Positions 36,200 through 45,715 of a DNA stretch of 64,000 nucleotides are shown here, piece after piece (position 1 is the stretch's first letter; the number at the start of each line of letters is the position of its first letter). A program made the position numbers and the translations under genes. The stretch lies in NCBI GenBank assembly GCA_049317705.1, contig JBMOHT010000001.1:1267-65266 (forward strand), written 5' to 3'. A model generated the notes under the pieces. That model saw only the letters and a program-made list of their open reading frames with translations. It ran no database searches and had not been told where the DNA came from. This DNA is from Bacteroidota bacterium (GTDB lineage Bacteria > Bacteroidota > Ignavibacteria > UBA10030 > UBA8401).

Positions 36200-37441
36200 T
36201 TACTCATTCATTTCTTTGATACGCTGCATTGCCTGCATCTGCATATCGGTCGCCGCCTGTTCGGGAGTCTTTGAACCGGCAAGCACTGCTTGATAACTCG
36301 GACGCATTGCATCCCAGATGGCGCGAAGTTCAGGTACGACCGGCATGGGATTCCCATGATCGATCTGGATCTGTGAATTACGGAGGATCTCGTTCGACTG
36401 AACGAACTCACTCAGGATCACTTTTTTATTGGTCGGCATGGTGAAGAGAGTTTTTGTCGCTTCGATCTGATTCTCCTCTGAAGTGAGATATCTGATCAGT
36501 TCGATCACCCACTTCTTCTTCTCGTCCGTGATGTTCGCATTGATGGAGAATCCTTTCGGAGATACCATTGTTCCGCACCACCTGCCGGTCGAAGTAATCA
36601 TCGGCAGAGGAGCTACGCCGATATCGAGTCCTGCCTTCTGATATCCGGACCAGGACCAATCGCCGTTGATGATCATCGCGGAATGCCCGTCCTTGAACAG
36701 CGCATCGGCGATATTGTAGTCCGCTTCATTGGGGATCATCTTGTGAACATCGCGCAGCTGCTGGACGAATTTCAAACCATTCACCGTCCCGACGGTATTC
36801 AATGTCGGCTGGTCATTCTCATCCATGATCCATCCGCCGAAACCGGTCATGAACGGGATGAAGAAGAACGGCTCGGTGTAATTCCATGCCAGTCCATACT
36901 GATCGATCTTGCCGTCACCATTGGTATCCTTTGTCAGCGCTTTTCCCATCGCCACCATTTCCAGATCGGTCTTTGGAGGATTCGGCAAAAGTTTTTTATT
37001 GTACACGAGCGTAAGATGATTCCCGAGCTTATCGGAGATCTTGTAGAGATGTCCCTTATAATATGTCAGTGCTTTAGGATCGAATTGGTCGAGGAATGTC
37101 CTGTCGAAGAGCGTATCAAGCGGTAGAATGATATTCATCACCTGGAACGGTCCAACCTGATCGGAAGGACCGTAAACAATCTCCGGGCCTTGTCCTGCGA
37201 TCGCTGCAATGATGAATCCGGAACGGAGCTCCTCGGTCTCTTTGAACAGCTGTTCCACTTTCACTTCGGGATGCAGGACCATAAAACGGTCCAGCTGCTT
37301 TTGAAGCACATCGCGTACGTCGGGACGGTCCTGATGCCAGATAGTGATTCGGATCTTATCGTCATTTTTCCGTCCGCATCCCGTGATGATGAGTGCGGAA
37401 ATGATGAAAATGAACAATGATTTTTTAGAAAGTGTGATCAT
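36200..37441 (-). CDS. Maltose/maltodextrin-type ABC substrate-binding lipoprotein (MalE-like)
   Basis: I chose the start at MITLSKKSLFIFIISALIITGC (lipobox), 1 nt after the upstream stop. The family-1 SBP pattern is ITIWHQ...GQGPEIVYGPSDQVGPF. Confidence 0.85.
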   Translation of the reverse strand: MITLSKKSLFIFIISALIITGCGRKNDDKIRITIWHQDRPDVRDVLQKQLDRFMVLHPEVKVEQLFKETEELRSGFIIAAIAGQGPEIVYGPSDQVGPFQVMNIILPLDTLFDRTFLDQFDPKALTYYKGHLYKISDKLGNHLTLVYNKKLLPNPPKTDLEMVAMGKALTKDTNGDGKIDQYGLAWNYTEPFFFIPFMTGFGGWIMDENDQPTLNTVGTVNGLKFVQQLRDVHKMIPNEADYNIADALFKDGHSAMIINGDWSWSGYQKAGLDIGVAPLPMITSTGRWCGTMVSPKGFSINANITDEKKKWVIELIRYLTSEENQIEATKTLFTMPTNKKVILSEFVQSNEILRNSQIQIDHGNPMPVVPELRAIWDAMRPSYQAVLAGSKTPEQAATDMQMQAMQRIKEMNE

Positions 37442-37442
37442 A

Positions 37443-38726
37443 TCAATGGGATGCCGAAAACGTTTTCGCTGTAGCACCCTCTCCCCGTTTTTCTTTCACG
37501 AGGAACCAGCAGACAGATGATAATGCAAGTGAGACACCGCAGATGATGAAAATGATATTCTTATCCGCTGTATCCAGAATGAATTTCCCGATGAACAGAC
37601 TCACCAGCAACTGAGGCAGGACCACGGAAAGATTGAAGATGCCCATGAAGAATCCCATACGGCTCTTATCAACTTTTTCCGTCATAATAGCGAATGGAAG
37701 ACTGACGATGGATGCCCAGCCGATACCGCATACCGCCATCATCAGATAGAGCATCATCGCTTCACGCGCGAAGAGAACGATACCGAAATATCCCGCCGCC
37801 ATGACGGCAACGGCGATGAGGTGAACACGAACACGGCCGATCTTCTTTGCGATCGGTTCAAGGACGAACGCGGGAAGGATGAAACCGACGGTATTCAGCA
37901 CGGCAAATGAGATGGCGATGATCTGTCCCGCTTTCGCTGACGCCTCACCTGGATCGACACCGTTCATCATCTTCTGCTGAATGAAAGCGATGATGAACAC
38001 GAACATCGTCTGCACACCGATCCATGAGAAACCGTGCGCGATATAGATCCTCCACAACTGTCCCCACTCCGTTGCGGTCTTTTGCACTTGTTCAGCTGCT
38101 GATTCACCGGCCAGCTCTTTCGGTTCGGTGACAAAGAACATCGGAATAACGGAGAAAAGGAATACGATCACCACACCGATATTGATCAACACATAATTTC
38201 CCATCGTTGCACCGACAACATACGCAAACACGCCGAAGAAACCGGAAATGGTCTGCATCCACGTGTATCCTTTTGTGCGCGGCTCTCCTTCGGGAGTGAC
38301 ATCGGCAATGATGGAACGGGTGGGATTGAAACTGATATTGATGGAAAGATCGAGGGTCAACGCGATGATCACTGCAACGACCAGCAAATTCGTCATACCG
38401 AAGGCGGAACTGATAACATCGATATTCGGAAGTGCGAGCAGACTCAAAGCAGCAAGCGTCCCTCCGATCAGAACGAACGGTCTCCGCCTTCCTCCCCAGA
38501 ACCAAACTTTATCACTGATGAGTCCCACGATCACCTGACCGAAGATCCCTGCGAGAGGACCTGCCGCCCAGACGATGCCGACCTCATGGATATCAAGGTT
38601 ATATTTTGTGGTGAGAAGCCAGCTTAATGCCGAGATCTGGATGGATAAAGCGAATCCCATCGCGGTCGACGGCAGACTGATCAGTGCATAGAATGTGTTG
38701 GAGATCTTTTTCTGAATGTCCAGCAT
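37443..38726 (-). CDS. Second MFS sugar symporter (SLC45/GPH-like)
   Basis: 427 aa. Contains GQVIVGLISDKVWFWGGRRRPFVLIGG, the same signature loop as 32969..34270. Confidence 0.8.
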   Translation of the reverse strand: MLDIQKKISNTFYALISLPSTAMGFALSIQISALSWLLTTKYNLDIHEVGIVWAAGPLAGIFGQVIVGLISDKVWFWGGRRRPFVLIGGTLAALSLLALPNIDVISSAFGMTNLLVVAVIIALTLDLSINISFNPTRSIIADVTPEGEPRTKGYTWMQTISGFFGVFAYVVGATMGNYVLINIGVVIVFLFSVIPMFFVTEPKELAGESAAEQVQKTATEWGQLWRIYIAHGFSWIGVQTMFVFIIAFIQQKMMNGVDPGEASAKAGQIIAISFAVLNTVGFILPAFVLEPIAKKIGRVRVHLIAVAVMAAGYFGIVLFAREAMMLYLMMAVCGIGWASIVSLPFAIMTEKVDKSRMGFFMGIFNLSVVLPQLLVSLFIGKFILDTADKNIIFIICGVSLALSSVCWFLVKEKRGEGATAKTFSASH

Positions 38727-38728
38727 GG

Positions 38729-41314
38729 TCAGTTCTTTCGTTGTCCAAACACATCGTTGATGACCACACGGCTCTGTGTCCCGTCGATCACAACCTTCCT
38801 GTTCGCCTGAGGGAATTCCTCGCCTTCCCAGCTGCCGTGCGGGCCGCTGTTCGTATATTTATACTCAAGAGTGGTGCCGGCAGGAATACGCATGATGAGC
38901 GTATAGACAGAATCGTTCGGCACTTCATCCCCCTGCGTCATATCGTCATACATTCGGACAGTATTCGGTTTCCAGCTGCCGATCAGTTCATGATTCCCGA
39001 CAATGTAGATCCCTTTGCGGACGAAGATACTCTTTGCATCACATTTGAAGATGACCGTCACTGTGTCGGCATCTTTCTTGCTTTGCGCCATTGTTCCGCC
39101 GGTCACTTTCGTCACCATCGATTCATGTCCGGAGATGATCGGATTGAACTCCCGTTTCGGGAATGTGCCGCCCGCTTTCTCTCCGAATGCATACAGATTG
39201 CGCAGGTGTGTGATGAATGCGATATCGAACGGTTTGTCGCCGGCCGGTGCGTTCTGATCCGTTCCGTACCACCAGAACCAATCGGAACCTTCCGCTGCAT
39301 ACATCGCTTCCCAGGTCTTATATGCGAACCATTTTTTCGTATTCACTTTCGGTTCCGGATCGGTCGGTTTCGGCTGTTTGAGTCCCGAAACTTCCAGATC
39401 CTGCCGGGCGGTAAGTAAATAATTCCAGGCACGATTCTCTTCATCCTCACCGATCCATGTATCATAATTCGCATTGATCCATGACCCGGGATAGAGCCAG
39501 TCCAATTTGCGCATCGCCTCGACGGGATGAGCAGCGACTGCACGTTTCGGATTTCCGTGGATATATTCGGACATCGTCACAGTAACGACCTGTTTGGATT
39601 TATGCAGCTTGGATAATTTTCGGTATAATCCGTGGAGAAAATCTTTCGCATCGTTGTCGCGACGATACCATTCCCACGCATTCTCACCGTCCAGGATCAC
39701 TGTCAGCAGTCTGTCCGGCTCGCCTGCTGCAGGCGCATACCGCAGAATGGATTTGATGAAATCATCCGCAGCATCCTCACCGACAAAATTCTGATAGGTG
39801 AATCCGATCTTATCGGAAAGTTCCGTCTCACGAAAAACGACAGCGACATCGGTCGAGTTCACTTCATACGGAAAATATTTCGGCTGATCATGCGGTTTGG
39901 AACGGGCAAGGATCTTCTCATCCGTTGCGATCCATTGAATACCGTTCTTCTTGAAGATCGGCACCACTTCATGCGCAACAGAGCCTTCGCCGGGCCACAT
40001 TCCGAGCGGCGGTTGTCCAAAGGTCTTAGTGTAATAATCGACAGCCATTCCCACCTGTGCATCGGCATCCTGCGGATACGCAAAACGGTTCGGCATTGCG
40101 TCACTCGGCTGACAGGTTCGGGCAAGTTCGGAATCATAGATCAGCGGAAGGATCGGATGGAAAAACGGTGTTGTTGCCACTTCGATCTGTCCCTGATGAC
40201 TCTTGTGATTGTACATCAGTTTCTTGTGGATCGGGATGACATTCGCGCAGACCTTATATGTCTCTGCAATGATGCGATTACAATCATCTTCCGTCACCTG
40301 CTTTGCGAGATGATATGTGCCGTCCGAGTGTTTTGAAATGAGGTCGGTCAGGTCGATCACGGTGCCGTCCGCCAACCACACTTTCTTTTCCAGAAAATCC
40401 GGATCAAAATGTGCGATGTAGAACCAGAACTTGATCTCGCGGAGTTCCTGTTCCGTGAACGCTTCCTTCCGTGAATTCTTCTCCTTCAATGCCGCATAGG
40501 CAGGGAAACGGGTGATCTGAACTTCGCTGATACCGAACGCATTCCACGTATTGTAGAGAAGATATTTCAGATCATCATTCGAGAAATCCTTCGTCGGCTG
40601 GAGTGCAAGATCGATCCACGGATCGGTCTTCCCTTTCCAGGCGGCGAGGAACTTTGCCGCATCCACCCTATTCTTCTTTACATTCACGAACGGTCTCAGT
40701 CTGTCCACATAGTATTTCTGAAGCTGGAACAGCATGGACGACGTGAGATTCACATTGTAATGGACGTCCGGATATTGCTCTAGGATCGACGCCATATCGT
40801 AATAGTCCTTAGTGGCGTGCGTACGGACCCAGGGTCCTTGTAATTGATCGGTTGCGGGATCGAGGTAGAGCGGCTGGTGCTGATGCCAGATAAGATTGAC
40901 ATACAGCGTTCCCCCGCTTTTCGGATATGTATCGTTCATAACTCCTTGGGGTGTAGGTTGATAACCGTGGTAAGCAATTTCGTTATTTTCTTTCAGAGTA
41001 AAAACAGAATTCTTGCTGGAATTGTCATAGTTCTCGATCTGTCCGGGATTCATCGGATCAAGCTCCCATTTCCCGTCCACAAAGAATTTGTATTGATAGA
41101 TGCCGGGTTTCATTTTCACCACCGCAGTAAAGAGACCGTTCGATTCCTTTTTCATCGGTGATGCTTCACGGGTCCAGCTATTGAAATCTCCGCAGACGGA
41201 GACCTTCGCAGCGTTCGATGCTAAGCTGAACCGGATCCCATCCTTAGTAACGGTCGGCTGTGAGAACAGAACAGCAGTGAGAACAACGAACAGCAGAACA
41301 ATTCTTTTCATCAT
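38729..41314 (-). CDS. Secreted GH57 alpha-glucan hydrolase with an N-terminal CBM48-like and a C-terminal CBM20-like module
   Basis: 861 aa. Signal peptide MMKRIVLLFVVLTAVLFSQ. GH57 motifs are NLIWHQHQPLY and ILDGENAWEWY. The N-terminus has CGDFNSWT...YQYKFFVDGKWELDP. The C-terminus has IYIVGNHELIGSWKPN...LEYKY. Confidence 0.8.
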   Translation of the reverse strand: MMKRIVLLFVVLTAVLFSQPTVTKDGIRFSLASNAAKVSVCGDFNSWTREASPMKKESNGLFTAVVKMKPGIYQYKFFVDGKWELDPMNPGQIENYDNSSKNSVFTLKENNEIAYHGYQPTPQGVMNDTYPKSGGTLYVNLIWHQHQPLYLDPATDQLQGPWVRTHATKDYYDMASILEQYPDVHYNVNLTSSMLFQLQKYYVDRLRPFVNVKKNRVDAAKFLAAWKGKTDPWIDLALQPTKDFSNDDLKYLLYNTWNAFGISEVQITRFPAYAALKEKNSRKEAFTEQELREIKFWFYIAHFDPDFLEKKVWLADGTVIDLTDLISKHSDGTYHLAKQVTEDDCNRIIAETYKVCANVIPIHKKLMYNHKSHQGQIEVATTPFFHPILPLIYDSELARTCQPSDAMPNRFAYPQDADAQVGMAVDYYTKTFGQPPLGMWPGEGSVAHEVVPIFKKNGIQWIATDEKILARSKPHDQPKYFPYEVNSTDVAVVFRETELSDKIGFTYQNFVGEDAADDFIKSILRYAPAAGEPDRLLTVILDGENAWEWYRRDNDAKDFLHGLYRKLSKLHKSKQVVTVTMSEYIHGNPKRAVAAHPVEAMRKLDWLYPGSWINANYDTWIGEDEENRAWNYLLTARQDLEVSGLKQPKPTDPEPKVNTKKWFAYKTWEAMYAAEGSDWFWWYGTDQNAPAGDKPFDIAFITHLRNLYAFGEKAGGTFPKREFNPIISGHESMVTKVTGGTMAQSKKDADTVTVIFKCDAKSIFVRKGIYIVGNHELIGSWKPNTVRMYDDMTQGDEVPNDSVYTLIMRIPAGTTLEYKYTNSGPHGSWEGEEFPQANRKVVIDGTQSRVVINDVFGQRKN

Positions 41315-41369
41315 CGGGTTACTTTCACAACAAAATGCATGATTTCAATTTAGTTCACGATGAAAATGC

Positions 41370-41414
41370 AGGACGGAATTTTACCTCCAGTTCCTTTACA
41401 GGTTCTTCCGTCCT
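41370..41414 (-). terminator. Possible terminator/attenuator hairpin between the GH13-CTD and GH57 genes
   Basis: A 9-bp stem, AGGACGGAA with TTCCGTCCT, encloses a 27-nt loop. Only T4 follows on the minus strand. Confidence 0.3.
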
Positions 41415-41453
41415 TTGAGCATGGTCTTATCACAATCCGACCGGCAATACGTG

Positions 41454-44186
41454 CTATTTAATGAGCATCATTCTTCTCGTTTCGACATTCGATCCTGCAC
41501 GGAGCGTATAGAGATACATTCCTGATGCAAGCGAGGCACCGTCGAATCGTACCGAATAAGTTCCAGCACTTTGTTCTTCATTGACGAGTGAAGAGACTTC
41601 CCTTCCGATCATATCATATACTTTCAAGGAGACCATACCGCTCACCGGCAGCTGATAGGAAATTGATGTGGAAGGATTGAACGGATTCGGATAATTCTGC
41701 GACAATGCAAACTCGGACGGAACTTCAATGTTCACCGGTTTCACCGAGGTAATACCAAGCTGTGCGTTGGTCTTATTGGAATATACTTTTGCCGTGAACG
41801 CCTTGATCGGGAATGATGTGACCGTATTTCCCGAAGTGATCAACTGAGTCTGGTCGAATACGTCATACCATGTTGCGGCACCCAGCCACGGAACATTCGA
41901 CAAGGTCTGGTCAGCACCGCTCAGGTTGGCGACCACCATCACTTTTGAGCCGGTTGCTGCATCCTCAAATCCGTAGGCGAGCGATTTTTCTGTCTCGAAC
42001 CGATAGGACAGCATCAATGCACCATCATACAATGCCGGATTCTGAATACGCTGACGGATGAGCGTCTGGTAATACTTGAACTGTTCCTTTCCACGCGCCT
42101 CACCCATCAGACTCCATTCCAATGGACGGTAGGACAACTTTTGATTATCGCTTGTCCATCCGCGTGACGCGGTCATTTCCTGTCCCTGCCAGATCATCGG
42201 AACACCAAGCGATGTGAACGTGAACGTTGAATAGAGTTTATCTCGAAGCAGCGCTTCATTCAACGGAACCGATTGAAAATTCGTCATCTCATAGATGAGA
42301 GACTGTTCGTCGTGCGTGACCGTAGCATTGATCGGTTCGACCCGGCTCGTATAATTTGCGGGAGAAGCAGGTGTGTCATTTCCGCCGAACTCATACAGAC
42401 TGACGACATACTTCTCAATATCCGTGAGTGAGACATTCTTGAATCGCGCTTCATCGAACACCTTATCACGGAATGCATCATGCCAGCCGCTCGTCATACC
42501 GGAATAGTAGATCATGGCAGGACTCCCCGGCAGGTGCTCTGCGATCTGGTAGATCTTTCCTTTGTAGAGCGTATCAATACGGTTCGACCAGCCGAGAATG
42601 CCTTTGGTCGGCTCGTCCTTGTTCCAGCCCACCCCCTGCGTATAGTCATAACGGAAACCGTCCACTTTATATTCATCGATCCACATCTTCAGATTCTCAA
42701 AGATCAGTTCCTGCGTCTCACTGGTCCAGTGGTCCATATCCTTGAAGAACGCCAGATTGTCCTCGTTGTAGCGCATGTCGGAGTTCAGTTTGAAATACGG
42801 ATTCGCCGCTTCATCCGGCAGCATCTGCCATAATGGTCCGGTGTCGTTCTGATGATTGTAAACAACATCGAGGATGACGGCAATGCCGACCTTGTGTGCT
42901 TCATCGATCAGTTTCTTCAGATCAAGCGGTGTTCCATAGGCGGGCTCAATGGCGAAATAACTGTTCAGATCATAACCCCACGAGAAACCGGATTTCCCGA
43001 CGGAACCGTAATCGTTCACCGGCATCAGTTCGATCGCATTCACACCAAGAGATTTGAAATGCGAGAGCAGCAGAGCAACATTTGCAAAACCGGACTGACC
43101 TGCACCAAGTCCATAATATCCCCCGCCGAACTCGCCGACATTCAATTCATAGATGACCGTTTTGTTCAATGGCGGACGTTGATAGCCGGACGCCGTCCAC
43201 ACATAATTATCAGCCGAGATACCGGATGCTCCTGTAGAGAATCGTGTGCCGTACGTTCCGACATAGCGGCCGAACGGATCGGTGACCATCTTCCCGCCGT
43301 CAAGTTCATAGAGGTATTCATATTCCGTGTTCGCATCGAGTTTCACATTGAGCCACCAATTATCGGAGGAAGGATCTTTCTTCATCACACGCGGAGTCGC
43401 CGTTGCGACTGCTTGTCCGGCAGGAGCGATGCGGAGCACGACATAGCTTTTTCCGGGAACTCGCAGACGGAACGTAGTGGAATCACCCGAAGTTCCGGAT
43501 GCAGGAGTCACACCGTGTTTAGCATAGACGGGCATCGGAGCGGACTGCACTTCAAAGACGGAATTCTGATAGACGATGGAATCGCCTTTGTCCGTCTTTG
43601 CGACGATCTTGAAATAATTCGTTTTCGGAAGGGCCGTCGGCAGTGTATAATTCAGCGTCTGTTTCTCGCTGATGTAGGACGAGGTAATATCCGTCATCGT
43701 CGTAGAAAGCGCATTCACTCCGGTATACAACTTAACGGAGGAGATCACATCGGCATTCGTATGGACGATACCGACCGCGATCCGTGTGATATCGGATCCG
43801 GAAGTTTCCGTGAACAGCTCGAAGAAGAAGAGTTTCGTCAACCGGAGAACGGAATTGCTGTTATCATTCGGATTCTGTTCCGGATTGAGAGGATCAGGGT
43901 ACCATGAGCCGTCATTGAATTTGTATTGGTAGACAGAATCTCCGAGGGGAGTACGGGACGCATCATGGATCTTGAACACATATGTCTTCGTCCATGCAAG
44001 GATCACTGCATCATACGCCATGGTATTTGCCGTGGACCAGCCGCTGAAGACACCGGGGAGCGAGACCGGGGTCCCTGCACTTTTATGTGCACGGAATGTG
44101 ATCGTGACCGAATCACTTGAGCTCTGAGCAAAAAGATTGATCGTTAAGAATATTACCGCCGCCGCGCCCCGCATGATTGTTTTCAT
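41454..44186 (-). CDS. Extracellular GH13 pullulanase/isoamylase-type enzyme with a T9SS C-terminal sorting domain
   Basis: 910 aa with a signal peptide. E-set/CBM48-like modules are present. GH13 regions are ILDVVYNH, GFRYDYTQG and IAEH. The CTD is NYPNPFNPSTSISYQLPVSGMVSLKVYD...LYTLRAGSNVETRRMMLIK. Confidence 0.85.
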   Translation of the reverse strand: MKTIMRGAAAVIFLTINLFAQSSSDSVTITFRAHKSAGTPVSLPGVFSGWSTANTMAYDAVILAWTKTYVFKIHDASRTPLGDSVYQYKFNDGSWYPDPLNPEQNPNDNSNSVLRLTKLFFFELFTETSGSDITRIAVGIVHTNADVISSVKLYTGVNALSTTMTDITSSYISEKQTLNYTLPTALPKTNYFKIVAKTDKGDSIVYQNSVFEVQSAPMPVYAKHGVTPASGTSGDSTTFRLRVPGKSYVVLRIAPAGQAVATATPRVMKKDPSSDNWWLNVKLDANTEYEYLYELDGGKMVTDPFGRYVGTYGTRFSTGASGISADNYVWTASGYQRPPLNKTVIYELNVGEFGGGYYGLGAGQSGFANVALLLSHFKSLGVNAIELMPVNDYGSVGKSGFSWGYDLNSYFAIEPAYGTPLDLKKLIDEAHKVGIAVILDVVYNHQNDTGPLWQMLPDEAANPYFKLNSDMRYNEDNLAFFKDMDHWTSETQELIFENLKMWIDEYKVDGFRYDYTQGVGWNKDEPTKGILGWSNRIDTLYKGKIYQIAEHLPGSPAMIYYSGMTSGWHDAFRDKVFDEARFKNVSLTDIEKYVVSLYEFGGNDTPASPANYTSRVEPINATVTHDEQSLIYEMTNFQSVPLNEALLRDKLYSTFTFTSLGVPMIWQGQEMTASRGWTSDNQKLSYRPLEWSLMGEARGKEQFKYYQTLIRQRIQNPALYDGALMLSYRFETEKSLAYGFEDAATGSKVMVVANLSGADQTLSNVPWLGAATWYDVFDQTQLITSGNTVTSFPIKAFTAKVYSNKTNAQLGITSVKPVNIEVPSEFALSQNYPNPFNPSTSISYQLPVSGMVSLKVYDMIGREVSSLVNEEQSAGTYSVRFDGASLASGMYLYTLRAGSNVETRRMMLIK

Positions 44187-44188
44187 TG

Positions 44189-45592
44189 TTATTCCTCTTC
44201 CAGTGAAGTGATAAAGATCCTCGCAGTGCGCGGCGGTATATCGACCGTAACTGTGCCGCTGCGCGGTTTGAAGACCTTATTGGTGAATTCATCCCGCAGT
44301 TCCTTGATGCCGGGATTGACCGGCATGGTGATGCTCATGATCTTATCCCTGCGGTTGATCGCAACGTAGGCAAAATGCGAATTGAGCTGCCGTTCGAATG
44401 CGAATACTTTTGTTTGATCGTCCGCCGCCAGCGTCTTGAAATATCCGCGGCGCAGTGCGGGTGATTTTTTCCGGATCTGGATCAGTGACTGATACAATGT
44501 GAACAATTCCATATCCCATTTCTTCTCGTCCCACACCATCGTCTTCCGGCAGTCAGGGTCTTTCCCGCCTTCCATTCCGATCTCATCACCGTAATAGACC
44601 ATCGGAGCGCCCATGTATGTCATTTGAAATATCACGGACAGTTTCATCCGCCAGAATTCACCCTGGCAGAGCGTCAAATATCGTTCGGTATCGTGGCTTC
44701 CCAGCAGGTTCATCATCACCAATGAGTGGTAGCGGTGATGTGCATTCCGTAACGTCTCGAGTTGTTTGTCGAATTCACTCGTGTGGATCTTATCCTCGGC
44801 GAAATACTTCAGACACGCATCACGGAACCGGTAATTCATCACCGCGTCGAATTCATCCCCCTGCAGCCACGGTGTGGCGTCATCCCAGATCTCGCCGACG
44901 ATATAGCAGGCGGGATTGCGGGATTTCATGATAGTGCGGAATTCCTTCCAGAAATCATGCGGAATCTCGTTGGGGACATCCAGTCTCCAGCCATTCACAC
45001 GCTCAGACCAGTATTTCGTTACATCGAAGATATATTTTTTCACTTCCGGATTCTGAACCATCAGTTTCGGCAGCGAACCATATCCCCACCAGCATTCATA
45101 ATTCGGTTTATCCGGCGGAGCAACAGGATAGGAATAGATATTGAACCACGACGCATACGGAGAATCTTTTCCTTTTTCCTTCACATCCTTGAACGCAAAA
45201 TGGTCCGTTCCGACATGATTGAATACACCGTCGATCACGACCATGATATCGTGTACTTTGCATTGCATCATAAAACGGTCGAACAGCTGATTGGTCCCGA
45301 ATGCGGGATCGATCACGGAATAGTCCGACGTATTATATTTGTGATTGGAATTTGCCGCGAAGATGGGATTCAGATAGATGGCATTCACACCGAGCCGCTT
45401 CAGATGTCCGAGCCGGTTGATGATCCCTTGAAGGTCACCGCCGAAATAATTGTTCCCTTTCGGTTTGGCACCCCACTGTTCGGTATTCGGCGGATCGTTC
45501 GATGTATCGCCGTTCTCGAACCGTTCAGGAAATATCTGGTAGAACACGGCATCTTTCACCCAGTCAGGCACGATCACGGGAATATTCTGCAT
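44189..45592 (-). CDS. Cytoplasmic GH13 alpha-glucosidase/neopullulanase-cyclomaltodextrinase-type enzyme
   Basis: Contains VFYQIFPERF, GGDLQGI, IDGVFNHVG, GWRLDVPNE, VGEIWD and LLGSHDTER, and has no signal peptide. I moved the start to Met18 (45592) because codons 1-17 of the tracked ORF are the upstream terminator hairpin. Confidence 0.88.
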   Translation of the reverse strand: MQNIPVIVPDWVKDAVFYQIFPERFENGDTSNDPPNTEQWGAKPKGNNYFGGDLQGIINRLGHLKRLGVNAIYLNPIFAANSNHKYNTSDYSVIDPAFGTNQLFDRFMMQCKVHDIMVVIDGVFNHVGTDHFAFKDVKEKGKDSPYASWFNIYSYPVAPPDKPNYECWWGYGSLPKLMVQNPEVKKYIFDVTKYWSERVNGWRLDVPNEIPHDFWKEFRTIMKSRNPACYIVGEIWDDATPWLQGDEFDAVMNYRFRDACLKYFAEDKIHTSEFDKQLETLRNAHHRYHSLVMMNLLGSHDTERYLTLCQGEFWRMKLSVIFQMTYMGAPMVYYGDEIGMEGGKDPDCRKTMVWDEKKWDMELFTLYQSLIQIRKKSPALRRGYFKTLAADDQTKVFAFERQLNSHFAYVAINRRDKIMSITMPVNPGIKELRDEFTNKVFKPRSGTVTVDIPPRTARIFITSLEEE

Positions 45593-45621
45593 AGAGGTCA
45601 CTTCTTGTCTGGTGGATATAG

Positions 45622-45653
45622 AAAAGGCAGGGCAATTACTCACCCTGCCTTTT
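45622..45653 (-). terminator. Rho-independent terminator of the 1058-aa gene
   Basis: On the minus strand AAAAGGCAGGG-tgagtaattg-CCCTGCCTTTTC forms an 8-bp GC-rich stem followed by T4. Confidence 0.65.
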
Positions 45654-45715
45654 GAATTACGATCAACTGCGGTCCGAGCACAGATTATTCATCCATGCAT
45701 CCTGTCCGCGGATGA

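Noticed and set aside
36102-36293. A 63-aa plus-strand ORF in the malE-malF spacer.
   Set aside because: It covers the two intercistronic hairpins and the 3-prime end of the binding-protein gene in antisense. It has no motifs.
42852-43907. Long ORFs antisense to the GH13 and GH57 genes, plus others of the same kind (44762..45655, 38684..39418, 39632..40336, 26102..26812, 29545..30120, 10923..11513, 33816..34490, 61638..62258, 48008..48592).
   Set aside because: Each lies opposite a gene with strong family motifs. Their products are Arg/His/Ile-rich with no recognisable domains. This is the typical stop-codon-poor antisense frame, not overlapping genes.
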